Assembly (NCBI RefSeq): GCF_006345805.1
Contig: NC_043004.1
Location: 104,408,001-104,472,000, forward strand
DNA from: Octopus sinensis
Taxonomy: Eukaryota
Direction of reading: 5' to 3'
Length of the DNA: 64,000 nt
A program made the translations under genes and the position numbers. This document shows, in pieces, positions 1-13,442 of this stretch. The notes under the pieces were generated by a model. That model saw only the letters and a list, made by a program, of their open reading frames with translations. It ran no database searches and was not told the DNA's origin. How positions within the stretch are numbered: position 1 is the stretch's first letter; the number at the start of each line of letters is the position of its first letter.

Positions 1-742
1 CAGTCACAGTCCATGTTTCACTGCCATATACCATGGCTGTTTGCATGCATTCACTATGCAATCTACCTTTCACTCTGAGTGAGAGGCCATTTGTTACCAG
101 CAGAGATAGGAGTTCTCTGAACTTTGCCTAGGCTATTCTTATTCCAGAAGTTACACTCTCAGGGCATCCAGCCCTGCTACTGACTTGGTCACCTAGGTAA
201 CGGAAGCTATCAACTACTTCTAGTTTTTCCGCTTGGCATGTGATGGAATCTGTTTTCTGTACATCTTTGGTGCTTATTGCACCTGTGCATCTGTCACTGA
301 CAAAAACTATCTTCCCAGTTAACCTTCCTTTGATATTGCTGCACCTCTTATGTACCCATAACTTACACTGGATACATTTTATGGAGTTTCTACCTATGCC
401 TTTTCTACAGATCGAGCAGTGCCATCTACCTGAAGGGATTTGTGATTTGTGTGTCTTTCTACTTATTAAGACTTTGGTTTTTGCTAGATTGACTCTAAGA
501 CCCATCAATTCTAGACCTTGCTTACACACCTGAAACTTCTCTAGTTCTGATAGTGACTCAACTATTAGAGCAAGGTCATCAGCATAGAGTAATTCCCAGG
601 GGCAGCCTGTCTTGAATTACTCTGTTATTGCCTGGAGGACTATAATGAATAAGAGGAGGATGAGGACTGATCCTTAGTGAACCCCTACTTGTACCCTGAA
701 TTCTTCACTATACTCATTGCCAACCCCCACCTTACTGAGAGC

Positions 743-743
<1 letters not shown>
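1..743 (-). mobile_element. RTE-clade LINE ORF2 fragment (reverse transcriptase), degenerate, runs off window start
   Basis: Minus-strand translation gives GVH*GSVLILLLF...ELLYADDLALI...KTKVL...FRYLG...YGSETW, typical RTE RT motifs, with in-frame stops. A Cys/His cluster lies between KTKVL and YLG. Confidence 0.9.
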
Positions 744-775
<32 letters not shown>

Positions 776-837
776 TGTATGCATATAGGTATATACATAC
801 ATGTAGATATATATATACATATGTGTGTGTGTGTATA

Positions 838-1020
838 TAATCATCATTATCATCATCATCCTCATTTAACATCCATTTTCTGTGTTGGCATGGAAAAGAT
901 GGTTTTGCAAGAAGTGGGAAGGCCAGGAACCATTGTCTGTTTTAGCAAGGTTCCTATTACTGGATGCCCTTCTTAAATCTAACTACTTTACAGACTGTAC
1001 TGGCTACTTCTTAAGTGGAG
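838..1020 (-). repeat. 3' tail fragment of an RTE-type element or SINE (family C)
   Basis: Reverse complement resembles the gaagggcatccag...gcatggaaa..ggacgttaaa(tga)n tail seen at 17640-17780. Confidence 0.6.
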
Positions 1021-1059
1021 CCAGCACCATACACACACACATGCACACATATTGTGTGT

Positions 1060-1325
1060 GAAGGTGCATGGCCTAGTGAAGAGGATGTTGCATTCATGAT
1101 CACTAGATCATGGGTTCAACTCCCAGACCAGGGGGCATGTTGTGTTCCTGAGCAAAGCACTTCATTTCATGTTGCTCCAGTCCCCCCTTTCAATCAGTGT
1201 GGAATGTTGGCTTGCTCACCTAGCCAGCAGGTTAGCATCCTTCAAAGGCTAAAATGATGCAAAGCACATTGTGACCACTGGTTGTGTCATGACATCCAAT
1301 AGTCTGGATGATCATGTGATCACAG
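1060..1325 (+). mobile_element. tRNA-derived SINE (family D), degenerate
   Basis: A-box-like tggcctagtg, B-box-like ggttcaactcc, then ctgagcaaagcacttcatttcatgttgctccagtcc shared with 22375-22660, 48750-49075 and 50920-51010. Confidence 0.65.
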
Positions 1326-1505
1326 TCATGTGATGTATTCATAGTATATTTTGCATGTGCAGTTAGATGTACAACTGCTACTGTTGTGCTTAGAAGTCCA
1401 TGTAGATTATCACAACCACGTCTACTTCAAGTATAAGTGGTTAAGTAACTACTACACTTAGCAGTATTACTAGTTGTGAAGAACAGTTTCATATATATAA
1501 ATATA

Positions 1506-1736
1506 GGCGGCGAGTTGGCAGAAATGTTAGCACGCCGGGTGAAATGCGTTGCCGTATTTCGTCTGCCGTTACGTTCCGAGTTCAAATTCCGCCAAGGTCG
1601 ACTTTGCCTTTCATCCTTCCGGGGTCGATAAATTAAGTACCAGTTACGCACTGGGGTCGATATAATCGACTGAATCCGTTTTTCTGTCCTTGTTTGTCTC
1701 CTCTGTGTTTAGCCCCTTGTGGGTAGTAAAGAAATA
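1506..1736 (+). mobile_element. tRNA-derived SINE (family A), full length
   Basis: ggcggcgagttggcagaa head, gagttcaaattcc B-box, gcctttcatcc..ggggtcgataaattaagtaccag body. More than 10 copies in the window. Confidence 0.85.
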
Positions 1737-1876
1737 TAATATATATATATATATTATATATATATATAGTAGAAAGATCTCCCTTTTAGTAGAAAGAATA
1801 GCTATAACTCTTTGACTGCTATTTCTAAATTCGGTGTGTGGTGAGGCAAATCGTTGCTAAACCCTTAATTACTTAG

Positions 1877-1907
<31 letters not shown>

Positions 1908-2404
1908 ACACATATAGAAAGTCATAGAGAGAATGTCAGTTTTTTTAATATTACATATATAAGTACCCAATTTATCTATTTTTTAGTTTTGTTTAAAATA
2001 GGCATGACTCCAAGAACAAATTATTACAATGTGATTACTAAAGGAAAATCTATGTACTTCTAATGTCTTTTTTACTGACAAGTACAAATTTGACTTTTCT
2101 GATTTTCTATTATGAATATCTGAGTCCTTTTATATGAAACAAATTGTACAGCAACATGAATAATAAAAACTATAATCCATTTTAGCATCTAATCTCCTTC
2201 ATTGCATAAATAGGAAAGAATTTGTTGAACTGTGTTTAATAAGTTACATCATCTACTGATTACTTCTATATTAAGTTTTCATACCTATACAAATTTACAT
2301 TAATAAATTCAGTAGTAGACTATGAAGAAACAATGTTAGAAATCTTTGGAAATTACTCCAATTAAAGGACAAACTCACATTCATCCATTAAAAACAAATA
2401 TATA

Positions 2405-2802
2405 TCTTTATATATAAAAGAGAGGTTGTGTGCTGTCTGTCTCCTATGATTTAGATTCCTAACTACTCCCACGTTTTGCGGTGCAGTTTAACCAAAACCG
2501 GGTATCTTATAGTCGTGATTCATATCGAGCCCTTCTGGGTATTGGCGCGCGTCTACGATGAGTCTATGATTTTAAAAATAATTTACCATCAATTTTTCCC
2601 ATTTTTAATGCATTTTTGGCATATATAAGGGAAGTAACTCTCTAAAAATTTATTATTAAATCTCAGAACGTAAAAAGCTACAGTAACACCCCCCCCCTTT
2701 GTGGTTAGCCATATTGAGATGGCTATTATACTTTACATCTCTAAAAATGCTTATATAGTTATTTCCCTTACAAACCCGAGCAACGCCGGGCAATACTGCT
2801 AG
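2405..2802 (+). mobile_element. Non-autonomous Helitron
   Basis: 5' TC terminus (tctttatatataaaa), 3' hairpin cccgagcaacgccggg followed by CTAG, inserted between A and T with no TSD. Confidence 0.8.
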
Positions 2803-2841
2803 TATATATATTGAAAAGTATATATATGATATGTATGTATA

Positions 2842-2872
<31 letters not shown>

Positions 2873-3245
2873 ATGTTTTAGGAAGTTAAATATTATGGCC
2901 GGTCATAGAGTGGCCATTGTTTTCGTACCTGTAAAGCGCTTAGTTTAGGAGACTAGTCCGACTCAAATCTGGTCATCACTTTTAAGTTCCTAATCAAAAT
3001 ATATTACTGCTCTCATACTTCAGAGTCTGCTTCTTTTTCAGATACATGGTCTACTGATGATTTATATATATATATATATATATAGATATATATATATATA
3101 TAGATATATATATATATATATATTATCAGTAATAACAAAGGGTAAAATTAATTAATTAACTAGTCATCAATAATTTCACCAAGTAGAATTTGGCATGAAA
3201 AAGGACCATTTCATGGTAAACTCAAGTACTGAACCCTATTATAAA

Positions 3246-3286
<41 letters not shown>

Positions 3287-4071
3287 TCATTATCATTGAA
3301 CATTCATTTTCCATGCTGGCATGAGTTGGATAATTTGACTGAAAACTGGTAAGCCGGGGAACTGCACCAGTTTCTGATCTGATTTGGCAATGTTCCTATG
3401 GCCAGATGCCCTTCCTAAAGTGTTAAAGAGAAAATTAGTTGTTGACATTGTCATTTTCGATGTTATTGTTTCTGTGTAGTTTCAGTTATCCCTGACCTAG
3501 TAGACTTAAGCCTGAACATTGAGTTGTTTGATATAAGGAAACTATCTTGAAACAGTCTTACCACAAGGAATTTGGGGCAAGTGTCTTCTACTATAGCCTC
3601 AAGCCAATAAAAGCCTTGTGAGTGGGTTTGGTAGATGCTCATTGTGTGTGTGTGTGTGTGAGTTGAGACTTTGGATGAATATGCTCTGCTATAGCCCCAG
3701 GCTGACCAATGTCTTGGAAATGAATTTGGTAACTGTCCATTGTTTGTTTGTGTGTGTGTGTGTGTGTGTGTGTTTCCTTGTCTTGTTATTTGGAAGCTAA
3801 TTATAAAATGTTCATAAAGCTGTTTGTAAAAAAAAAAAATGGTGTCAGTTCTCTGTAATCTGTGAAAATATGTCCAACTAATGAATTGTTCGTGTTGAAA
3901 GGATCAGAAGAAATATATTATACTTGGAAACAGATGAAGTTTGGCAACAGGATGAACATCCAGCCGTCACAAGTTTTGTCTAACCTACCAACCTGCATGT
4001 ACACTATCACAAGTCTCATCTCATCCATTAGAAAGTTTGGAAAAGTGGATGCTAAAACAATGATGGTGGCT

Positions 4072-4480
4072 GACTTTACTTGTTTCAGTCATTTGACTGC
4101 GGCCATGCTGGAGCACCGCCTTTAGTCGAGCAAATCGACCCCGGGACTTATTCTTTGTAAGCCTAGTACTTATTCTATCGGTCTCTTTTGCCGAACCGCT
4201 AAGTTTTGGGGACATAAACACACCAACATCAGTTGTCAAGCAATGTTGGGGCGGGGGGGACAAGCACAGACACACAAACATATACACACACATGCATATA
4301 TATATGCATATACATATATACGATAGGCTTCTTTCGGTTTCTATCTACCAAATCCACTCACAAGGCTTTGGTCAGCCCGAGGCTTTAGTAGAAGACACTT
4401 GCCCAAGGTGCAATGCAGTGGGACTGAACCCGGAACCATGTAGTTCACAAGCAAGCTACTTATCACCCAGCCACTCCTAC
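4072..4480 (-). mobile_element. tRNA-derived SINE (family B), full length
   Basis: Reverse complement of the ggagtggctgtgtggtaag...gggttcagtccc...caccttgggcaagtgtcttc...gactgaaacaagtaaaag consensus. About 25 copies or fragments in the window. Confidence 0.85.
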
Positions 4481-4644
4481 TTTAGAAGAAACAGAATGCA
4501 GAAATAGTTTATTATTAATACAAATGGTGTGAAAATTAAGTTTCTTAGGATATATGTTATTTGTTCTATCATTAAAGAAAACTATAGCTAATATTAACTG
4601 TTATAGTCCAGAAACTTGAAGAGTTGGGAGTTCCTTCTGTTTAC

Positions 4645-5030
4645 CTTTTACTTGCTTCAGTCATTGGACTGCAGCCATACTGGGGTATCACCATGAAGGG
4701 TTTTAGTTGAACAAATCAGCCCTAGTGCTTATCTTTGTTTTCAAAGTGTGGTACTTATTCTATCAGTGTCTTTTGCTGAACTGCTAAGTTACAGGGACAT
4801 AGACAAACCAATACTAGTTATCAAGCAGTGGTAGGAAACAAACACACACACACATCTATACATATATGATGAGTTTCTTTCAGTGTCTGTCTACTAATTC
4901 CTCCCACAAGGTTTTGGCTGGCCCAGGGATATTGTAAAAAATACATGCCTAAAGTACTATGCAGTGGGATTGAACCTGGTACCATGTAGTTGGGAAGCAA
5001 ACTTCTTACTACTCAGCCACATCTATGCCT
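4645..5030 (-). mobile_element. SINE family B, older copy
   Basis: Diverged match to the 4072-4480 copy over its whole length. Confidence 0.75.
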
Positions 5031-6809
5031 ATATTTCCTTAACATTTTATGAATGCAAGTAACAAAAAAAAATTATAAAAAAATAATAATTTAAACAATG
5101 CTACTGTCTTATTTATTTATATATACTAGAACAAACAAAAGAAAGGAGAGAGGATCCCATTTGTTGGAGAGCTAAAAACAGCTGTAATGTTCCTCCTGTC
5201 TAGATAGAGAATCAGTTATTGATTTGTTAGGTTCAACTATTATGTACTGGCTCCCTGTCTTGCAAAGTACCATTAAAAACAGTGACATTTATTAATTTTT
5301 AAGTTGATGACAGTTGTAGCCTAACCCCCCATTGTCATTGTACTCTGGTGTTCTCTCAGTTCTACCATAGTCTGTGTGTTATATCTCCAAACTAGACAAA
5401 GAAAAACTAGACAACTATTAGAGCCTCATAAAGATTTATCTTCTTTCATCTACTAAAGAAAAAAAGAAAAAGAGATACATTATACTTTATCATTGATTTC
5501 ATTTTATAGCAGTTTTAAATTCTATCACTGAAACCATATATCTTTTTTTTTTTTTTTTGGATTTGTCTTCTAATTTTATTTATTTATTTATTTGTTTCCT
5601 TTCTCTCTTTTGTGTGCAAAGCTAGCAGTGAAAGAATGTTAAAAGCTCCAGACAAATAATAGAGAATTAATTGGGGAAAGATTCCTGATTGGGACAGAAA
5701 AACAAGTTGATAGCTCCTCTTCTCATCACATTTAGCATCAACCTCTTCCTAAGAGACATTTTACATTTTTCACTTTTTATTTCAAGTTGTTTCATTTATT
5801 TCTTTTTTTTATTTTTAGCATTTTTATCTTCTTTGTTTTAAAGTTCATTTCTTTAAAAAGTCAGTCAGATATTTGAACTATCTTAAATTAGTTTTTCACT
5901 TTCATATTAATTTAAATTTTATGTCTAATCTTGTTCAAAGAGAGATTTTTTAAAAAAATCTGTTTGTTTTTTTAATTTTTATTTTCCATTTTTAATTTTG
6001 TTTTATTTTATTTTTTTTTCTATCTTAAATCTAATTTGTACTTGAAATAAGTGAAATTCTGAAATATGCTATTCGTAACATGAAGAACCTCTTCAATAAA
6101 GAGAAAATATGATAATAACATTTTCCATTTATCAAACAGTTATTATTTTTGACTATCTTAAAGGGGGGAAGATGTTCTATACATTTTCCTTACACATTAA
6201 CGACCCAATGCTTAATTGTATCTCGCTAATTCATGCTTTGATTATCTTATAAGACATTTTATAATTTTACTATAAATCATGTCCATTTATCAATGCACAA
6301 GGTATTCTATATCTACATACTAACAAGATTAAAAAGCCAGAGACAGTCTAAATCCATCTCAATCTTCTTACATATTCTATTTAAAGCCCTTTTACAGCTA
6401 CCACAGCAGAAAAGACTCAAAAATGTCTTTTTCTTTTTAAACAATTAACAATAATTTTCAAGTGGAGTATAATTGTTTCAATTGTTAAGGATTCTCTTCA
6501 GGGAGAAAAAGGATGAGAAGTGGAATTAATAAAAACAGGCCACTTAGTTTTGAATTTTTCTCTTTTGCTTGGGAAATATCCCCTGTTCATTCTTCTCCAC
6601 TGTACAATGAACTAGAACTGTTCTGTAGCACTTCTAGACAATTGATAGCATTGAATAGTCTCATTTGTTTAGGGAGTCTGTTCATGTAGAAAAGGGCTTT
6701 GTTGAGATAAAATACAATGTCAGTCTCTTTAAAAAGGGTACCACTGACACTTGTCATTCATTTTTTCTTTTTTTCTCTTTTATTTTATTTATTTAATGAA
6801 TTTCAATGA

Positions 6810-7150
6810 AGAGACATCATCATCATCATCATCAACATTGTTATTTTTATTGCTTTTGCTTCTTCCTCCACCATCAGTACCACACCACCACACTAACATC
6901 ACCACCAACACCATCATACTATCACAGCTACCACCAACAGTCTACTACCATTTCAGCCATTGCCACAAATACCATTGCCACCACCACCACCCCCTAAATT
7001 TTTAATATCACTATCACAAGCATTTCCACTACCATCATTGCCACCAATTTTACCACTGCCACTACTAGCACCATAGCTATTACCACTACCACTCTCCTCT
7101 CCAGTATCCCTACCATTAATTTTGTTACAACTACCATCACCACTACCATC
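6810..7150. repeat. Degenerate (CAT/CAC/TAC)n trinucleotide tract
   Basis: Directly visible low-complexity sequence. Confidence 0.85.
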
Positions 7151-7495
7151 AGTTCAAACTGTTTTCTCTTCCCCCTTGTATCATTGAGTTAGATGAAGTA
7201 GGGGTTGAGGTAGGAGTAAGTGTTAATCTCAGTGATTAAAATATTGCTTAAAAGACCGAAAAACATAATTAAAAATGTTCCTTCATAAATTTATGGGGCA
7301 TTTGTTGTGTGTTCGCATGGGTTGGATAAAGCTACAAAGTAAACTCCATACAGTGATGAGAGTTTCTTTAAGAATTCCATAAGCTTAGTTGCCATGAGGA
7401 CTGAAAAAATTAATGTTTTTGGCTTCTGCTTTTCATTTCTCAAATAAGGAAGAAAGAGAGACAGAGAGGAGAGAATGATGTTGATATTCCAAGCT

Positions 7496-7680
7496 GGCAG
7501 CTGCGAGGTGGCAGAATCATTAGCATCCTGGACAAAATGCTTAAAATGCCTAACAGCATTTTGTCTGCCTACATTCTGAGTTGAAATTCCACAGAGGTTG
7601 ACTTTGTCTTCCTCCCTTTTGGGGTCAATAGAATAAGTACCAGTTGAGCACTGGGGTCAGTGTAATCTACTAGTCCCCCT
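7496..7680 (+). mobile_element. SINE family A, diverged
   Basis: ggcagaatcattagca...ctgagttgaaattcc...ggggtcaatagaataagtaccag. Confidence 0.75.
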
Positions 7681-8525
7681 ACTAGTAGGATGGATAATCC
7701 AGGCTAGTAGTTAATAAAAGGATTGAAATAATTTTTTTCATCGTTTACCATCCTGTCATGTCTGTCTCTCTTCCCCAGACAGAAGACAGGAGTCCCAAAT
7801 GTTACATTCTTCACCTTGTATGGCAATCAAACTTATTAAAAGCTTCTGTAAACTCTACATTTAAATGAACATTGACCATTAGATTCCTCATTTTGCTCTA
7901 TGCAGCTTTCTCCAGTTTTATTTCATCGTACAATAAGCATTTATATTCTAATAGAATGGCAATTACAAAACATTAAAAAAAATACTCTTATTTTTAATTG
8001 TTTTTATGCAATTTTTATTTATTGATTCCTTATATAAGCATAAGACTGGTAATTTGTAGTATATATGTATAACACACCACCTGATTTTAGCACCAACATC
8101 TGGCCCTTTTTTAACACTTGAGTTGAATTTACTCCATTGTAGCATTTGGTTTAGACCTCTGGTTCCCTTGCCACTCATGATCTTTATCACGTGCAGATAT
8201 TTAGGCTGTGTATCAACTATATCAATCTCACTAGTCTAAAAGGACCTGTAAAAGTCATGAGAACTACCTCTCTTCACATAATTAATATATAAGCCAATTC
8301 ATAAAAAATGTTGCGGTGTCTTGATCAAAATTTGAACTCAGAACATAGAGAACATAGAGTGATAAAACTAAGTATGAAAAGGTATTCAGTTTTATAGCCA
8401 ACTATTTCACTAAGACTCCTTCTCTCTTCTACACACAAATATACACTCTCCTATGTGCATATACAAACTTTAATTTCATTGAGTGACCATTGATTAGTTA
8501 CTGGTATTTTATTTGATTATTGTAG

Positions 8526-8649
8526 GTATACTTAAGCGTCTTTTGGCAGAATGAACAACTTGGTGTTGCCTGCTATGATGTAGATACAACTGAAATTCGG
8601 ATGATGTTCGACACACAGGAGACTGATAACTTTTTGACATTGCTCTCAG
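8526..8649 (+). CDS. MSH5: MutS homolog 5, internal coding exon (124 nt, phase 0 to 1)
   Basis: tag|...|gtaatt. Encodes VYLSVFWQNEQLGVACYDVDTTEIRMMFDTQETDNFLTLLS, matching the MSH5 N-terminal LCVLW..LGIAYYD segment as recalled from human MSH5. Confidence 0.9.
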
Positions 8650-8717
8650 GTAATTTCTCAATTTCAATTTGTATCTGTTGTTTCTCTTTCACTATTTCTC
8701 ATTCATTTCCTTCCATA

Positions 8718-8931
8718 TTGGTTTCAAATTTTGGCATAAGGCCAGCAGGTTTGGGACGGGACAAAGTTGATTAAATTGACCCCAGTGTTCAACTGGTACT
8801 TATTTCAATCGACCCCAAAAGGACGAAAGGCAATTCAACCCTGGTAGAATTTGAACTCAGAACACAAAGACAGACAACATGCTGCTAAGCATTTTGTCTG
8901 GTGTGCTTGTGATTCTGCCAGCTTGCCTCCT
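8718..8931 (-). mobile_element. SINE family A, diverged
   Basis: ctggtacttatttc..gaccccaaaaggacgaaaggc...aatttgaactcag, the reverse complement of family A. Confidence 0.75.
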
Positions 8932-9184
8932 CAAATCACTTCCCCTATATTAGCATAAGTGTGGTTGCTTTTACAAATCTGGACCGTTTTGCTGGATAAG
9001 TAATATTAATGTGCATGAATGCCAGAATACAAAAGAGAGAAAAACTCAGTATAAGAGGAACCAGACATAATGTACAACAGAGAAGACTATGGGCACATGG
9101 TACATATTGGTGAATATCAGCCATAGAGCAAAGTACCAAATGCTCCAATAGAATAAAACTTGGATCAGTAAGGTCCTGTATAAT

Positions 9185-9600
9185 CACTCTCTCTTGGCTG
9201 TGTGTTTGAGAAGCTTGTTTTCCAACCACATGCCCACTCTGTGGCACATTGGACAAATGTTTTCTACTAAAGCTCCAAGCCAATCAAAGCCTTGTGAGTG
9301 GATTTGGTAGACGGAAACTAAAGGAAGCTTGTTGTATATGTCTATGTTTGTGCATATGTTCTTGCGTGTACCCTTGTCTAGACTTTACGTGATGGTTGTA
9401 TATACATCATTTTCATACAACAAAGTTCATTTACAGCATTCTGTGAAACACTTCATCTTGCTATGGAAAAATAATTAACTTGCTTGGAAACAGGTGAGGG
9501 TTGGTAACAGGAAGGGCATCCAGTGGTAGAAAGTATACCCAATAAATTCTATCCAACCCATGCAAGCATGGAAATGTGGATGTTAAAACAATGTTGATGA
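9185..9600 (+). mobile_element. SINE family B head joined to a family C-type tail
   Basis: ggctgtgtgtttgagaagcttg...ccttgtgagtggatttggtagacggaaac, then gaagggcatccag...gcatggaaatgtggatgttaaa. Confidence 0.6.
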
Positions 9601-9619
9601 TGCCTCAACGTGTGTTGGC

Positions 9620-10610
9620 TGAGCTCTTTTTGTCCTACACTCTATTAATTCTGGTTTACCTCAGAACTCAGTTTGTTTTGTTTTTCATTTTCTTCCTTCT
9701 ATACTTCAAAGATCAACTCTTGATCATGTCCAACAATCCTTGTACTTATGTAGATGATACTTCCCATTACACGTCCTTAACTTTTCCCAACCATGCATTA
9801 TCCACATGCAACCTAGATATCACATGCACTGATTCCGTGAACAGAGACCTCAAAACATCATCAAAATAACATAATTGCAAAATAACTTAATTACTAGTAG
9901 CATGCAATTAGAGCTTTTGAAATTGCTCCAAATGTTAGTTTTGTTACCATTGGAAACTTTTCCTGACAAAAGCACATCCTTAATAAAGCAAAGACTACAT
10001 CTCAGAGACTGGCCCTTATTTTCATTGCCAGAAAGTACTTCAGACCCCCATCAATTACTGACACTCTTTAAAGCTCAAATGAGGTTCACAATGGAATATT
10101 GCTCTCACACCTGGCATGGGGCTGCTGTTGAACTCACACAGAGATTCTAGATTGTATCCTAATGTATCACTATTACTATAATCGCCAATATTAGCACCAT
10201 CCTTACCACTACCACCAGCTTCCCTACTGGTACAACTACTAACATCATGATTGTAACCACTATCAAAGCTACTTGACAGTTTGACATGAAATCACTTACT
10301 GATACTCTTTAGCTTCTGGCCCACAAGCATTCTGTCTCCTTTTTCTGCATTTTCTACTGAAACTATAATGGCCATTGCTCTTCAGACCAAGCTGTTCTCA
10401 TGTTACATCCATTCAGGCACTCATAGATGTCTTATGTCCTCTCCTTTCATCAACCATGTTGTACTCAGTACTCCGGCTCCTGCATTAACCACTACACCCA
10501 ATCCTTCCTCCCCTAATCTTCATCTATCTGGAATCCCCTTCCTGCTCCTATCATTCCTGCAGGTGTTGACTTTCAACAGTTTAAGCAGAACATTAATGGC
10601 ATCAGTGTCT
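9620..10610 (+). mobile_element. CR1/L2/Jockey-group LINE RT and 3' end remnant
   Basis: Fragments YVDDT, NRDL, KAQMRFTMEYCSHTW, NYNGHCSSD and SIWNPLP in shifting frames. Confidence 0.75.
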
Positions 10611-13442
10611 TTAGTTTCAGATAGTCTGCGAAGATCATGGACACTGCTTTTCCCTCTACAGCCAGCAAGTGAAAAATACAAAAAAAATCTCTATCTCTTA
10701 CTGTTTCAAATGTCTCTGTCTATTGTGTGAATAAGTCACAAGTATAAATTGAATCTGTTTTCACCTACACATATCACTATCGTCTGATATCAGGTAATTC
10801 TAGTATAAAGAAGTGGACATAAATATATTTATCCTGAAGTTAAATTGATTCCTTTTAAAGGTTAATCTTTATTACGCATGCATCAATTGTACCTGAGAAT
10901 ATAAGCATGGTCGTATTGACAATGTAAGTAGAAGATCTGTGATTTAGTACTGGTTATAATCTTGCAGACTTGAAGTGATTATAAAGTATCTGAATTACAC
11001 GAATGACAACGTACGACAGTGAAATGGAAACAGTGAAGGTTAGGATGCTTTGGGCAACACTTGAAGAATGAATTGGCTCTGATGCTGCCAATGTACTATG
11101 TGAAATAGCAGTGTGTGAATGCAGTTGTTGAATTACAAAAATGATTAGGTTAGCCTGTGTGTGAGTGATATCAGATTTTCAATCTCTTCATGCCATCTTT
11201 GTTGTCACCTTACCCAAGCCTTTGCATTCACAACTATACCAAGTCCTGCCTCTCCAAAATGTTATCCCTCTGGAATTCTCTCCTCATCTCTCAGGGTTTT
11301 TTTTTCTACAACTATCATCTTTCAACTATTGAGATAACATTAATCACATTTATCTCATTAGTGTTGAGGGGTGAGGTTGTAGAGGCCTTGAGTATAGTCC
11401 CTTCCACCAGATTAGAGGTATTAAAAATGGAAACAGAAAAAGAAAAGCAAAAAGAAAAAGCAGGAGTATGAGTTGACTTGGGAAGACAAGGAATATAGTA
11501 GCTTGGTAAATTTAAAATACTTATATTTACTGGTGAGAAAATGCAGAATAAGGATCGCTGTTGGGTTAGTTTCTGGCAACTTTCTGTACACCCTAAATGA
11601 CTTTCAACTTAGGTTTGGAACTTATACCTGCTATTGAATAGGGATTCAGTTGTTGAAAGGTAGAGATAGTGAGATATACTCTGGATCTACATGTCACATA
11701 AATCCTTGCCATATTCAATACACTGACATCACTGAAAGAAATATCAAAGCACTTGTTCAAATAAGATTTGATGATGAATAAACAAGAAGATGGGTCCTAT
11801 TGCATTTGACACTTCAACAGGGTATTAATGGAGAAAATAAACAGGTTGACTGACTATATTAGTCTCTAGTATACTATTTAAAAGGTTATAGAATTTCAGG
11901 GAAGGCTAACTTATCCTTATGATTATTAGAATTAGAAACCCTAATGAATTGGAATTGGAATTATAAATCCTAATGATTATTAGAATTAGATTATTAGATC
12001 AATGCCTCAAAAGTGGTGTAACTGTATTAATTTCTGTTCTCATCTGTTCTGGAAAAAAAGTGCACAACTCATTAAAGTGATTAGCATTAGGAAGGGCATC
12101 CAGCAGTAAAAACCATGTCAGTGCAGACAGCAGAGCTTGGTGCAGTTGTCTGGCTCGCTAGCGCCTGTCAAGCCATCCAATCCATATCAGCATGGAAGAT
12201 GGACACTAAATGAAGGTGGTAGTGGCAGTGGGTGGTGGGCTGCTGCTGCTGCCTTTCTTGTTGTTTGAGGTTTGATAAAAATAAATGGAAAACCCAGAAT
12301 GAATTATTTAATCTGATTCTGTTCTCCCACTGTATGAAGTAAACCGATAGAATCAAACGAACCCTACATTACACCTAGTTTAAAATAGGAATTGATAGGA
12401 TAGGACTACTAGAAATTGAAACAGTTATTCTGTTGCTACAAAACAACTAAAACCTATATATTATATCAGCTAACTAATTAATTTATTACAAAGAGAAAGA
12501 ATTAACATAGAAATATATATATAAATCAATAAAAATGACATCTTTGAAAACACTTTCAAGTCTTTGAAGATGGTGCTTTTCAACATTGGAAGGACTAAGA
12601 TGCCAAATTCATTGGTACTAAAGAAAGTTATATATATATAGCTAATTATTAATGACTTTTCACACTGGCACTAGGCCATAACACCAGGGAGGAGTTTTAA
12701 TCAATTGTATTGACCTCTATATATATTTGGTATTCGTTTTATCTGGTTCTTTACATCCTCGGTTCAAATCTCACAGTGGCCTACTTTATTTTCCATCCTT
12801 TTTGAATTAATGAAATAAGTAACAGTCGAGTAATGAGGTCATTGGTATTGATTGGCCCCCACCTCCCCTCAAAATTACTGACCTTGTGACAAAATGTGAA
12901 ACCATTTTATTGACTCTGGATTTTATTAACTTTGTTATTACTTTGTGGTTCAAAAGTTTGCTGTGCAACTATGTGACCTGGGTTTGATCTTGTTGCAAAG
13001 TATCTTGAGCAAGTGTATTCTATCGTAGCTTCACATCGCAAGTAAAATTTCATAGACAAAAACTGTGGAAGCCCATTATCATCATTTTACATCTATATTC
13101 CATATGATATGGGTCGGACAGTTTGAGAGGGGCTGGGAAGCCAGAGGAGTGTGCCAGCCCCCATTATCTGCTTTGGCACAGTTTCTCTAGCTGGATGCCT
13201 TTCCTAACACCCATATGTACGTGTATGGGCATATCTTTTGGTGAAAAATCTAAAGAACTGTTAGAAAACCTACAAACCAGTATATTTGAACAAGGCTCCT
13301 TGTGGCATTTCTTTCAGTTGAGTTTGTGCAGATAATCCATTGTCATTATCACCATTGTAAATCCAGTGAACCAGTGATTGATTCAGAGAAAACCTATAAC
13401 CAACAACACTATTGTTCTTAAAATGTGACATGAAAAAAATAA

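Noticed and set aside
3025-3065. ctttttcag acceptor-like site as an upstream MSH5 exon
   Set aside because: Runs into (TA)n with no donor and no MSH5 similarity; the start exon was not identified in the window.
12300-12640. Further possible Penelope hammerhead remnants (also about 1780-1870 and 3120-3245)
   Set aside because: Core boxes and stems are too degraded to support a call.
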